A stretch of DNA of 54,794 nt from an uncultured bacterium (lineage in GTDB: Bacteria > Ratteibacteria > UBA8468 > B48-G9 > JAFGKM01): assembly GCA_964408175.1 (NCBI GenBank), contig CAYOYL010000057.1:1-54794 (forward strand). The letters run 5' to 3'. The notes under the pieces were generated by a model. That model was not told the DNA's origin. It did no database searches and was given only the letters and a program-made list of their open reading frames with translations. This document shows positions 1 through 9,176 of the stretch, piece after piece. The position numbers and the translations under genes are program-made. Numbering within the stretch: position 1 is the first letter of the stretch; every line of letters begins with the position of its first letter.

Positions 1-168
1 TTCGCCTCCCCCTTTGAGGGGGGAGGCAGACACTCTGTTTCTACGTAGAGTGCGGTGGGGGTGAAGGATAGATACCCCCACCTTACTTCCTCCCCCTCAA
101 GGGTGCTAACACGAAGAATAATGAGTGTTGTATAGCACGAAGGGCGAGTCGGTGAGCCCGTTGACCGA
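1..168. repeat. Dispersed non-coding repeat, copy A (the window starts inside it)
   Basis: nt 1-68 match the reverse complement of 13926-13993 almost base for base, with one small indel. Patchy similarity continues to ~168 versus ~13819. Contains the hairpin GCCTCCCCC-TTTGA-GGGGGGAGGC at 4-27. Confidence 0.8.
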
Positions 169-465
169 AGTGCGAAGCACAAGAGGAGGATAAAAGGAAT
201 GAGGGAATTGATCGAGCACTGTATGGCAGGCTCTCCGAGTTGGTGAGGAGAGTGACCGAAGCGTAGTATGCAAGAAATGCTCCCTCACGTCCGGGGGAGA
301 ACAGGAACGGTTTCTGTGACGTTAGGAGGGGGCTTGCCCCCTGCCTAAAAGTGTCGTGTAACGGGAATACAGCAAAAGTAAAGAAATTTATGAGACACGA
401 CACTGGTTTGTGTCAGGAAGAGATGGAGAACCCCCTTTTTCAAAGGGGGACCGCAGGGAGACTAT

Positions 466-1557
466 ATGGATAACGAAAGGATGATACATACGGATGTTTT
501 CATACAGGGTGAAGAGGGCTGTCATACATACCGCATCCCGTCTCTTGTACAATCTACAGATGGTACACTCATCGCACTGGCAGAAGGGAGACGTGACAAT
601 GCCGGAGACCCGGGTTATGGACACATAGACCTTTTTTACAAGGTCAGTTATGACAGGGGTGCAAACTGGTCAACCCGACGTTTTTTTGACAAAAGTCAGG
701 AAGGATGGAGTGCATCAAATCCGACATCTGTCGTGGAAGGTTCTACAGGAAGAATATATGTCCTGTTTAACAGATGGATGCCCGGCTACGGAGGAGAAAA
801 CAGCAGACCCGGCACGCTTGATAACCAACTCTGGATGCGCTATAGCGACAACAACGGGGATTCATGGTCAGAAGCAATAGATATAACAGAGCAGGGTCGT
901 GATATTGAACACTGGGGAAAGGTGGTAGCAGGACCGGGAAGCGGTATTGAAACCAGTAAGAGACGGCTTATAGCCCCTGTATATGCATCAGTCTATTCCG
1001 TCGATACTGTCCAGATAGCATCTTTTGCATTATACAGTGATGACAGCGGACACAACTGGAAGCAGGGACGGCAGATTGACGTACTGACAAATGAAAATCA
1101 GATAGTGGAACTGGATGACGGCAGGTTACTTATGGATGCCCGTCAGGGCGGCAAGAACAAGAAAACCCGATGGTTAGCCATCAGTAATGACCAGGGAGAA
1201 AAATGGAGTAAGCCGGTATCAGGACAGACTGTTCCGCCAATATGCGCCAGCATAATCCGATACAAAACTAATGAGAACAACCACAGCGTTTTACTCTGGT
1301 CTGGGCTAAAAGGGCCTGATAGAAATAACATGGTGCTGCGTTTGAGCAAAGACCAGGGGAAAAGATTCTCTGCGGAACTTATGGTCAGCCAGGGACCCGC
1401 AGCCTACTCCAATATGACTGCACTCGCTGACGGTGATATCAGCATCCTGTGGGAAGGCGGGAAAGAATGGCCTTATGAAAAAATAATATTTACCAGAATA
1501 CCGCACACAACTATTGAATCACTGTTCAACAAATCCGTTGAGGTATCAAAAACATAA
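466..1557 (+). CDS. Exo-alpha-sialidase-like protein (GH33 / BNR-repeat), no signal peptide
   Basis: YRIPSL (the RIP motif) lies near the N-terminus. Five Asp-box-like repeats are present: SYDRGANW, SDNNGDSW, SDDSGHNW, SNDQGEKW, SKDQGKRF. GGGAG sits 5 nt upstream of the ATG. Confidence 0.8.
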   Translation: MDNERMIHTDVFIQGEEGCHTYRIPSLVQSTDGTLIALAEGRRDNAGDPGYGHIDLFYKVSYDRGANWSTRRFFDKSQEGWSASNPTSVVEGSTGRIYVLFNRWMPGYGGENSRPGTLDNQLWMRYSDNNGDSWSEAIDITEQGRDIEHWGKVVAGPGSGIETSKRRLIAPVYASVYSVDTVQIASFALYSDDSGHNWKQGRQIDVLTNENQIVELDDGRLLMDARQGGKNKKTRWLAISNDQGEKWSKPVSGQTVPPICASIIRYKTNENNHSVLLWSGLKGPDRNNMVLRLSKDQGKRFSAELMVSQGPAAYSNMTALADGDISILWEGGKEWPYEKIIFTRIPHTTIESLFNKSVEVSKT

Positions 1558-1716
1558 CGGGTAACGCAAATACTATTATCGCCCCCCATAAATCTCTCAA
1601 ACCTTATTTTCCACCTGATACAACACTTTCATCACAACCCATCGTCATTGTTTAATGTAAAGGTTTCCATTGAGGGTCGTTTTGTACATAGAGTTTTTTA
1701 TAAACAGGTTAACAAC

Positions 1717-1746
1717 TTGAAGGGTATAGAGAAAAAAAGATATAAT
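1717..1746 (+). promoter_or_regulatory. Putative sigma-70 promoter (TTGAAG-N18-TATAAT)
   Basis: TTGAAG at 1717-1722 and TATAAT at 1741-1746, upstream of the lipoamide dehydrogenase-like gene. Confidence 0.4.
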
Positions 1747-1791
1747 AAAGTCCAAAAAGATACAGGACATCAAGAAATGGACAATGGAGGG

Positions 1792-3117
1792 ATGATGTAC
1801 GACGTGATAGTTTTAGGTGGAGGGCCAGGAGGATATTCCTGTGCCATAAGATGCGCCCAGTATGGTCTGAAAGCCTGTCTGGTGGAGGAAAAAGAACTCG
1901 GCGGAGTCTGTTTGAACAAAGGATGTATCCCAACAAAATCCCTCTTTTCAATATCAGAAGAGATAGGAAATTCAAGGTTCAGTTCAATAAAGAAAGAGAC
2001 CTCCTTTGAATGGGGGAAAATCCTTGAGGAAATCAAAACAGATGCTGTAATGAGGCTCAGAAATGGTGTGAGATTTCTATTTAAACAAAATGGCGTTGAC
2101 TTCGTACAGGGCAAAGGAATCATTGCAGGGGAAAATAGTATACGGGTGGGGGAGCAGACCATTGAAGGGAAAAACATTGTTCTTGCAACTGGAAGTGTCC
2201 CCCGCATTCCGAAGATTCTTCAGGATGAAAAACGGACCCTTACGAGTGATGACCTGTGGAGTCTTGAAAACCTGCCTGAAAGTATCGCCATAGTGGGCGG
2301 CGGGGTCATCGGTTGTGAGTTTGCATCAATACTGAACAGGTTCGGGGTTAAGATAACCCTGTATGAAATGGCAGCCACTTTGCTGCCAGGAAGGGATGTG
2401 GACGTGGTAACGAGACTGGAAGGTTCTCTTAAAAAAGCAGGCGTACAGATTTTCACAGGCAGGAAGATAGAGTCTATTGAAGAAATCGCAGAAGAAAAGA
2501 TAATTGTGTCTGTTGGCAGGGGACCCAATATATCCGCATTTGAAAACACAGGACTGGATATGGAAAACGGTGGGATAAGAACCAACAGAAGGATGGAAAC
2601 CAGCACAGAGAACATCTATGCTGTCGGGGACGTCAACGGAAAATTCCTCTACGCCTATGTTGCGACAAGAGAAGGTCTTATAGCCGCTGATAACATATCA
2701 GGTGGAGATTCTGAGATTGACTATGAAAACATACCCGAAACAATATTTTCCCATCCTGAAATAGGGCTGTGCGGACTGACGGAAAAGCAGGCGGTAGAAA
2801 AAGGCATAAAAATCAGGGTTGGGAAATTCCCCTATACAGCTTCGGGAAAAGCACTCGCTGAAAAACACACCGAGGGTTTTGTGAAGGTGGTCGCGGATGC
2901 GTATAATGAAGAAATATTGGGAGTTCACATCATAGGAAAAGGCGCCACAGAACTGGTCTCTTTTTCAACACTCGCCATAAAAAACAGGCTTAAGGTCAGT
3001 AACCTCGAAAAGATACTCTACTGCCATCCAACCTACGCAGAAGGCATAATGGAGGCAGTGGAAGATATCAACAAAAGGAGTATAAACATCCCTCCACACA
3101 GAAAAGTAATGGAGTAG
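1792..3117 (+). CDS. lpdA: Dihydrolipoyl dehydrogenase-like class I pyridine nucleotide-disulfide oxidoreductase
   Basis: N-terminal FAD fold YDVIVLGGGPGGY, redox-active disulfide GGVCLNKGCIPTK, second dinucleotide fold IVGGGVIGCEF, and C-terminal HPTYAEG. The start is uncertain: 1777, 1792 and 1795 are all possible. The ORF-track start at 1648 adds 48 non-homologous residues that span the predicted promoter. Confidence 0.8.
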   Translation: MMYDVIVLGGGPGGYSCAIRCAQYGLKACLVEEKELGGVCLNKGCIPTKSLFSISEEIGNSRFSSIKKETSFEWGKILEEIKTDAVMRLRNGVRFLFKQNGVDFVQGKGIIAGENSIRVGEQTIEGKNIVLATGSVPRIPKILQDEKRTLTSDDLWSLENLPESIAIVGGGVIGCEFASILNRFGVKITLYEMAATLLPGRDVDVVTRLEGSLKKAGVQIFTGRKIESIEEIAEEKIIVSVGRGPNISAFENTGLDMENGGIRTNRRMETSTENIYAVGDVNGKFLYAYVATREGLIAADNISGGDSEIDYENIPETIFSHPEIGLCGLTEKQAVEKGIKIRVGKFPYTASGKALAEKHTEGFVKVVADAYNEEILGVHIIGKGATELVSFSTLAIKNRLKVSNLEKILYCHPTYAEGIMEAVEDINKRSINIPPHRKVME

Positions 3118-3128
3118 TATGAATTAAC

Positions 3129-4520
3129 TCATGTGTAGGCAAGTTGAGCGGACGCAGTACAGGTATCAGAAGAAACAAAACGCACCCAGTGTGCACTGAA
3201 CCCTTCCTCAAAACAATATACTCTGTATCCTCCCTCAGGGACCTCAACCTCGGTCAAAAGATGATAATCCCCATCTCCAAGAGCATCTACTTCTATGCCG
3301 AAGGAAACAGGACGTTTAAGGTTATGGATAAGATGCACACATTTATGTTCAAACCCTGTCATAAGAAACGGGTCTGACGGCACCCCTGCGGTAACAGCAG
3401 TCCGGTGCCATGGACCTCCCCATCCCTTCGGCCTGCCAAAACCCCACAGGTCGTCCGTCTTGCCAAACCACAGATTAGCCTGAGGCTGCCCTACATAGGC
3501 ATTGGTATCGTTGATGGGCGTTGTCTGGTCTCCAGCCAATACCAGCAGACCATTCCATGAACAAAAATCACCTATGATGCGCAGGTGTGTACATATGGGA
3601 CGCACGCCCCAGACGCGGCCTGCATATTGCATGGCTGGAAGTTCATAGAAGATACCTGCCGCATCCATCAACCAGCGTTCAGATTCCACCTCTCTGATGC
3701 GCGGCCATTCTGTAGTCACAGTATGGTCCTGAGTCTGGGTTCCCCGTGGAAGTCTGTATTTCAACCATTTTCCCTCATGGAGAACATAGAAGATTGCAGA
3801 GGCATTGTCCGCCCCTGTTGCAAAGATAGCACTGCCGATTGACGTACGACCCATAACCTCATTATACTGGGCAGTGTCAATAACCGTCCAGTTGTGTCCA
3901 TCCCATTCCGCCAGACGCCCATGTTCAATTAGACCGGCGTAGTCATCTTCATTGCGCGTATTGTTTGCCACAATCAACCTGCCCTGTCCGCAGAACGCAG
4001 CCTTGAAATGAGGCTGGGCATAGTATTTCTGTCCATACTGCACCATGGCAAGTTCTCTGGTGACATCGGTAATGAACTTCACCTTCAGGGTCTTAACATT
4101 CAACTCATAGAGTTCTCCCTCCATACCCAGTATGTAAACCATATTATCCGGGTCAAACAGATGTTTTGTGGTTGCAGTAATGCGGATATCAACAAGTTCC
4201 CTGACAGTCCGCACCTTGCCTTCAACATCAATCAAATGCGGGCCAATAATGAGCTGGCTCGTGGCTGAATGTATCATGCGGTTCGCATAGGTTCCTACGA
4301 CACTCTCCGTATGTTTCTGCATTGACAGGTCATCATCAATAAAAAACAACCCTGTGCCCGCACCACTGCCCTTCTTGTGTGCAACATAGGTAATAAACCA
4401 GAGATTACCCGCCCAGGGCATGAGAGCACCAATACCTGTCTCTGTCCGAACAGGAAGATGTTCTGCCTTAACACCCATGTGAGGAAATACACCGCCTATA
4501 TTAACCTTTTGTTTTGTCAT
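3129..4520 (-). CDS. Hypothetical protein (463 aa), no recognisable motif, no signal peptide
   Basis: Long uninterrupted ORF with a consensus promoter upstream. I do not recognise the family. Confidence 0.6.
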   Translation of the reverse strand: MTKQKVNIGGVFPHMGVKAEHLPVRTETGIGALMPWAGNLWFITYVAHKKGSGAGTGLFFIDDDLSMQKHTESVVGTYANRMIHSATSQLIIGPHLIDVEGKVRTVRELVDIRITATTKHLFDPDNMVYILGMEGELYELNVKTLKVKFITDVTRELAMVQYGQKYYAQPHFKAAFCGQGRLIVANNTRNEDDYAGLIEHGRLAEWDGHNWTVIDTAQYNEVMGRTSIGSAIFATGADNASAIFYVLHEGKWLKYRLPRGTQTQDHTVTTEWPRIREVESERWLMDAAGIFYELPAMQYAGRVWGVRPICTHLRIIGDFCSWNGLLVLAGDQTTPINDTNAYVGQPQANLWFGKTDDLWGFGRPKGWGGPWHRTAVTAGVPSDPFLMTGFEHKCVHLIHNLKRPVSFGIEVDALGDGDYHLLTEVEVPEGGYRVYCFEEGFSAHWVRFVSSDTCTASAQLAYT

Positions 4521-4568
4521 TTCTGAAATGCAATAAAATCAATCATATTTTGGTTATCAGCCGGTGGT

Positions 4569-4597
4569 ATTATAGAATGCAGTTCCGTAAATGTCAA
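4569..4597 (-). promoter_or_regulatory. Consensus sigma-70 promoter (TTGACA-N17-TATAAT) on the minus strand
   Basis: Reverse complement of 4592-4597 is TTGACA and of 4569-4574 is TATAAT, with a 17 nt spacer. It lies ~45 nt upstream of the ATG at 4520. Confidence 0.6.
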
Positions 4598-4634
4598 AAA
4601 CATAAAAAACCACGTATGTTCAGGAGAGATTGCA

Positions 4635-5822
4635 TCACTCTGAGACGATGCGGAGGTGACTGAAACCGCCTGAGGACAGTTTCAAAAAACCTTTCTGTCC
4701 CACGACCGTCCGCAAACAACAGATACCTTTTCTATCTTCAAAAACCATTTTATCTTTTGATATACCCTCCAGTGCCTGACGCTGAGATGCATTTATACCT
4801 TCCAGCAAGACCTGACTGACAATCCCATTATTTAATTCCAGACTTGCAGTTTCGTGATGACCGTCATCAGGGCGGCGAAAATTACAAATTTTCAGGTCCT
4901 GAACGGAAAGGGTGATGAGAATCAGAGCCTCATGGTATCCCTCGTAAGATACAGGAGAGGATTTGACAACATCCACATCTTCAATCAATACCCGTGTAAT
5001 ACGCCCCTTGCCGGGAGGGAAACGCCAGCGGTTAAGGTTTAAGGCATGGTAGCGGCAGCCGCCCCTGATTCCGCGGATATATACATCTTCTACGGGTTCA
5101 TCCTGGCTCAACAGGCGGACAAAGGTATAGGCATCTTCAGCAGTAATGTCTTCAACCTTAATATGTCTGATAGGCCCTGTCTTCATACCAAGGTTTACAG
5201 CGCGGGCAACGTCGTCATCGGCATTGAGAGCCACCATATCATCGTTAGGACAAAATAGCCCTGTGCCCCTGATACGGCGAATGGTTCCCTCTTCACAGAA
5301 ACCCCCGATGTGTATCCCGTCCTGGTTGGGCCGCACATGCGGTGCCTCCAGTGTTATCTCTTCAACCGCAAAATTTCGCACCTCACCCAGCCTGATGAAA
5401 AACGATTCAGGGTCCCTGACGCACAGTCCGCGCAGACTCAAACCGCTGACATTCACAAAATTTATAGCCACTCCTGTGTAACTGTCGAGCGGACCGTCCG
5501 GCCCACGGGGATTACCGGGATTGTTGCCATCCCAGGTTCCTCCTTCTACCGTAATGTTCCTGTTGCCGGAGGTGTAGTCACGGTTGGTAATCAGAAACCC
5601 GGCAGTCCCAGCACGCGGACCGGCTCCGTCAGCAAGACGGATGGTTGCATTAGCATCAAGATGCAGTATTGTATCCGAACCTATAAGCAGTGTTTTCTCT
5701 ATACGATAAAGACCTGCTGGAATATGTACCTCCGGCGCACCGGCATCAAGCACCTGCTGAATCGCATTTGTATCATCCGTAAGGCCATCACCGGTTGCCC
5801 CGCAGTCTTTGACTGAAACCAT
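4635..5822 (-). CDS. Right-handed beta-helix protein (pectate-lyase superfamily / GH28-related), no signal peptide
   Basis: The N-terminus VKDCGATGDGLTDDTNAIQQVLDAG is the typical opening of Pectate_lyase_3-type beta-helix glycosidases. Confidence 0.65.
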   Translation of the reverse strand: MVSVKDCGATGDGLTDDTNAIQQVLDAGAPEVHIPAGLYRIEKTLLIGSDTILHLDANATIRLADGAGPRAGTAGFLITNRDYTSGNRNITVEGGTWDGNNPGNPRGPDGPLDSYTGVAINFVNVSGLSLRGLCVRDPESFFIRLGEVRNFAVEEITLEAPHVRPNQDGIHIGGFCEEGTIRRIRGTGLFCPNDDMVALNADDDVARAVNLGMKTGPIRHIKVEDITAEDAYTFVRLLSQDEPVEDVYIRGIRGGCRYHALNLNRWRFPPGKGRITRVLIEDVDVVKSSPVSYEGYHEALILITLSVQDLKICNFRRPDDGHHETASLELNNGIVSQVLLEGINASQRQALEGISKDKMVFEDRKGICCLRTVVGQKGFLKLSSGGFSHLRIVSE

Positions 5823-5903
5823 CCTGTTACCTTAGGCCTGCTATTGGGTACTCCATATGATTGATTCCTCAAGATAAAAATACAGTCTTTTCAAACTATC
5901 TTA

Positions 5904-7916
5904 TTATCCCTTTATCTGACTGACCCACATCGGACTGGACCAGCCGAAATCACCGTTGACCGTGGTTACACGAAGATAATAATAAACAAATGGTTCTCCG
6001 GAGAGTTTGTGCGGCAGAACCACCTCTTCCACCTTCTGCTTATCTTCCCACTCCAGTTTCACATCATTTTTATCACCACCAACAGATACTGTGTGTACAA
6101 CCTGCCCGTTGCGAATAATTTCCAGGAGGGCAATGGGGTCGCACGTGAGAATACGGCCGGAGAAATTTGGATGGGAATCACCCAGCAGGGCGACCTCATC
6201 TCCCATCATACCTCCGTTTCCCTCAAACCGCAGGGTCATACGCGGACCGCTGGTAGCGAATGTATGACGCGCCATCAGTGCATCAAATATCGCTTCGCGG
6301 GTCAGTTCCCGGGCAAAGATTCCTGTTATGCCGCCGAGGTCGGGATTACCCGGTTCGGCATTGTGGTTGTCTGTCCCGCCGGTAAAACCGAATCTATATC
6401 CCATATCAAGTGCGTGGCGAACGGACTGGAAACGGCCTTCCCCTCCTTCTTCAGAGATTCCCCATGTTGAACATATTTCCACAAGACGCTGGCGGTCAGG
6501 ACGGTGAGGACGGTTCCAGTTTATACCGTGAAATTTTGGAGCGTGCGGAATCAGTATATATTCTGTCCCATCAAGTCTCTGGAAGACATTGTCCATCGTG
6601 ACCCTTTCACCTCCGGGACCCTCCACTATCATCCGGCCTTCGCCATCACGGAAATACACGTTGCGGTGCTGCTCAAGAGTACCAATCTCGTATCCGAGAA
6701 GTGTAACAAAACGCCCTGGGTTATAAAATCTGCGGACAGTCTCCTGCGTAATGTGCCACTTTTCCTCCAGCGTATAGTTGAAAGACTGACCGTCTTCAAA
6801 GTGGTCCGCAAGTGCTGAGAAGTCAAGCCCTTCAACGTCACGTGCCCAGTAAAAATTATCCTCGCACGTACCTGTACCGTCAGAAAGTTCTGTATGACTG
6901 TGTATCTCGCCAAAGTAGACCTGCAGTCCCGGCGGTGCCATATCAGGAGATATGGGATTGGTATGCCCCATCAGTCCGTTCTTTTCATCCACCACGCGGA
7001 CGCGCGTCACGCCCTTACGGGATATGGAAACACCTTCTACCAGCATCGTTCCGTGTTTCTCTTCGGACATCCTGACATTTTTAACCTCTGCACTATCTTT
7101 ACCGGCTGCCTGAAGGCTGATATGTCCGCTGTAGTTATAGGCAGGATTATGGTTAACAGTGTCAGCCGCTACAACGCGAACCCATATCTTTTCTCCCGGT
7201 GCAGGTGTCGCTGGTGCAAAACAACGCAGGTATGCAGCACGGTTTCCTACAACCCTTATAAAAGGGTATTTAGCAACAGGATGAAACTCACCGCTGCCGT
7301 AATCAACCGCCACACGGAAAGGTAAAACCTTGGCCTTTTCACAGACCACCTGTGGCTTTGATGACCTGTCGCCAAAAACAACCTTGACTGCGTCACCCTG
7401 CTGTAACCTTCCGGATTCTACAAAAACCTCAGCACACGTAAATATAGAACCTGTACTGTGAACGCGGACCCTCAGTTCAACACCGTCACGAGATGCCCCC
7501 GCAGTAATACGGGAACCATATCCAGTCTGTCCGTCCGGCCCCTGAAACAACCTGCCAACATTCGCATTCGCCGCTCCTCCGAAGTCTTTCTGACAGTAGA
7601 CTGCGATACGTCCGCCGCTGCACAGCGGCGTCTTACCGATTGTCACGGTCAAGGTTACAGCAGTCGGTACACCGGCTACCGCAAGAGACGGTTCAACTGA
7701 AGATTTTGCGTCACAGGGCTGGCGGCGTGTCCATGCATACAGAACTCCCCGCCAGTAGCCCCGCAGTTTCCAGTAGGTAAACTGATAATAGTGGTAGGGA
7801 CTGACCCTGTCTATGGGACCGATGTAGTTCTCTACATCTGTGATGTATGGTTGTTTGTCTCCAAAAACAGGGATGGTTTCCTTCTCGTTGGCAGGCTTTG
7901 TCTTTTTATTCATCAA
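5904..7916 (-). CDS. PHP-superfamily metallohydrolase-like protein (670 aa) with a beta-rich N-terminal half
   Basis: FGEIHSHTELSDGTG (the PHP-type HxH..SDG motif), then LADHFE, IPHAPKFHG and GGTDNHN as likely further metal ligands. No signal peptide. Confidence 0.55.
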   Translation of the reverse strand: MMNKKTKPANEKETIPVFGDKQPYITDVENYIGPIDRVSPYHYYQFTYWKLRGYWRGVLYAWTRRQPCDAKSSVEPSLAVAGVPTAVTLTVTIGKTPLCSGGRIAVYCQKDFGGAANANVGRLFQGPDGQTGYGSRITAGASRDGVELRVRVHSTGSIFTCAEVFVESGRLQQGDAVKVVFGDRSSKPQVVCEKAKVLPFRVAVDYGSGEFHPVAKYPFIRVVGNRAAYLRCFAPATPAPGEKIWVRVVAADTVNHNPAYNYSGHISLQAAGKDSAEVKNVRMSEEKHGTMLVEGVSISRKGVTRVRVVDEKNGLMGHTNPISPDMAPPGLQVYFGEIHSHTELSDGTGTCEDNFYWARDVEGLDFSALADHFEDGQSFNYTLEEKWHITQETVRRFYNPGRFVTLLGYEIGTLEQHRNVYFRDGEGRMIVEGPGGERVTMDNVFQRLDGTEYILIPHAPKFHGINWNRPHRPDRQRLVEICSTWGISEEGGEGRFQSVRHALDMGYRFGFTGGTDNHNAEPGNPDLGGITGIFARELTREAIFDALMARHTFATSGPRMTLRFEGNGGMMGDEVALLGDSHPNFSGRILTCDPIALLEIIRNGQVVHTVSVGGDKNDVKLEWEDKQKVEEVVLPHKLSGEPFVYYYLRVTTVNGDFGWSSPMWVSQIKG

Positions 7917-7946
7917 CTTCTCCTCATTGTAAAGATGTTGTTGCCT

Positions 7947-9092
7947 TCAACCTTCAGGAGAGAAAAGAGCCTCTTTTGCCGCAGAGATACCCTTTTCTAT
8001 GTCAATACTGCATCCTGCTTCTTTGAGCCCCACACCGACAGCGGTTAAAGACGTGATGACATCAAACTCGTCCAGCCATCCAAGGTGAGATATCCTGAGT
8101 ATCTTACCTTTCAGTTGTTCCTGTCCCCCTGCAACGGATATGCCGTATTTCGTTCTCAAGAACTTTACTATCTTTTCACCATCTATGCCTTCAGGAACAG
8201 AGACAGCCGTCACAGCATCAGAGGGATACTCAGAGAAAATCTTAAGACCTGAAGCCTGTAGAGCTTTTCTTGTGGCCTCCGCTCTTTTGTGGTGTTCCTC
8301 CCACACCTTTTCAATGGTAATGTTTTTTATCATCTGCAGTGACCTCTGTAAACCAACAACGAGAGAGACAGGAATTGTAAATGGAAAATCGCTCTTGGCA
8401 ACTGACTTTTTATACTTTTTTATGTCAAAGTAGTACTTCGGCAGGTTTGAATCAGCGGCTTTTGCCCACGCCTTGTCGCTGAAGGAGATAAAAGATAGTC
8501 CGGGAGGCAGCATAAGTGCTTTCTGCGAGCCTGTAAGAACAACGTCTATCTTCCACTCATCCATACGGCAGGGGACTGCAGCCAGAGAACTGACCGCATC
8601 CACAACAAAAACAGTATCCGCATAACCTGAGACAACCTCTGCTATCTGTTGAATGTCAAAATGGGTTCCTGTGGAGGTCTCACAAAGGGTACCAAAGACC
8701 GCCTTCACCTTTTTATTCCCATCTAAAACTTTTTTTACGGTTTCAGGTGACAGTCTTTTACCCCACTCCACCTCAATTGAAATGACATTAAGGCTATAGG
8801 CGAGTGCAATTTCTCTAAACCTCTCTCCGAACTTTCCGCCGGAGATAACTACAACACTGTCGCCTTCGGAAAGAAGGTTGACAACCGCGGTCTCCATTGT
8901 GCCTGTACCTGAAGAAGCGAGTATAAAAACGCCGCTTTTTGTCTGAAAAACATACTTCAGATTTTCCAGTACTTCCTCCGCTATCTTTTTGAACTCATCA
9001 GTTCTGTGGTGCATAATAGGTCCTGCCATCCCAAGCAGAACCTGTTCCGGTACAGACGTGGGCCCCGGAGTAAAAAGTCTGTTTTTTAACAT
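7947..9092 (-). CDS. Class V PLP-dependent aminotransferase (serine-pyruvate / alanine-glyoxylate type)
   Basis: LFTPGPTSVP at the N-terminus, SGTGTMETAV, and the PLP-lysine context TGSQKALMLPPGLS. I prefer the ATG at 9092 (AAAGGAGAA 5 nt upstream) over the GTG at 9113. Confidence 0.8.
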   Translation of the reverse strand: MLKNRLFTPGPTSVPEQVLLGMAGPIMHHRTDEFKKIAEEVLENLKYVFQTKSGVFILASSGTGTMETAVVNLLSEGDSVVVISGGKFGERFREIALAYSLNVISIEVEWGKRLSPETVKKVLDGNKKVKAVFGTLCETSTGTHFDIQQIAEVVSGYADTVFVVDAVSSLAAVPCRMDEWKIDVVLTGSQKALMLPPGLSFISFSDKAWAKAADSNLPKYYFDIKKYKKSVAKSDFPFTIPVSLVVGLQRSLQMIKNITIEKVWEEHHKRAEATRKALQASGLKIFSEYPSDAVTAVSVPEGIDGEKIVKFLRTKYGISVAGGQEQLKGKILRISHLGWLDEFDVITSLTAVGVGLKEAGCSIDIEKGISAAKEALFSPEG

Positions 9093-9118
9093 CGGTTCTC
9101 CTTTCACCCCCACCTGAA

Positions 9119-9140
9119 TCCTCCCCCCTCAAGGGGAGGA
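9119..9140. repeat. Hairpin repeat TCCTCCCC-CCTCAA-GGGGAGGA (member of a dispersed family)
   Basis: 8 bp GC-rich stem, preceded by CACCCCCAC. The same two motifs recur at 4-27, 52-105, 13888-13993 and 45505-45540. Confidence 0.7.
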
Positions 9141-9176
9141 CAACAAGGAGATGTGCGATAGGTCATACCGCTACAA

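Noticed and set aside
83-403. ORFs of 106 aa and 60 aa in the first 400 nt.
   Set aside because: They lie entirely within the repeat/hairpin region, and the same DNA recurs inverted at 13.8-14.0 kb without conserving a frame. They are most likely non-coding.
1648-1791. N-terminal 48 aa extension of the lipoamide dehydrogenase ORF.
   Set aside because: The extension has no homology to the family, whose proteins start right at the FAD fold, and it covers the predicted promoter at 1717-1746. A downstream ATG is preferred.
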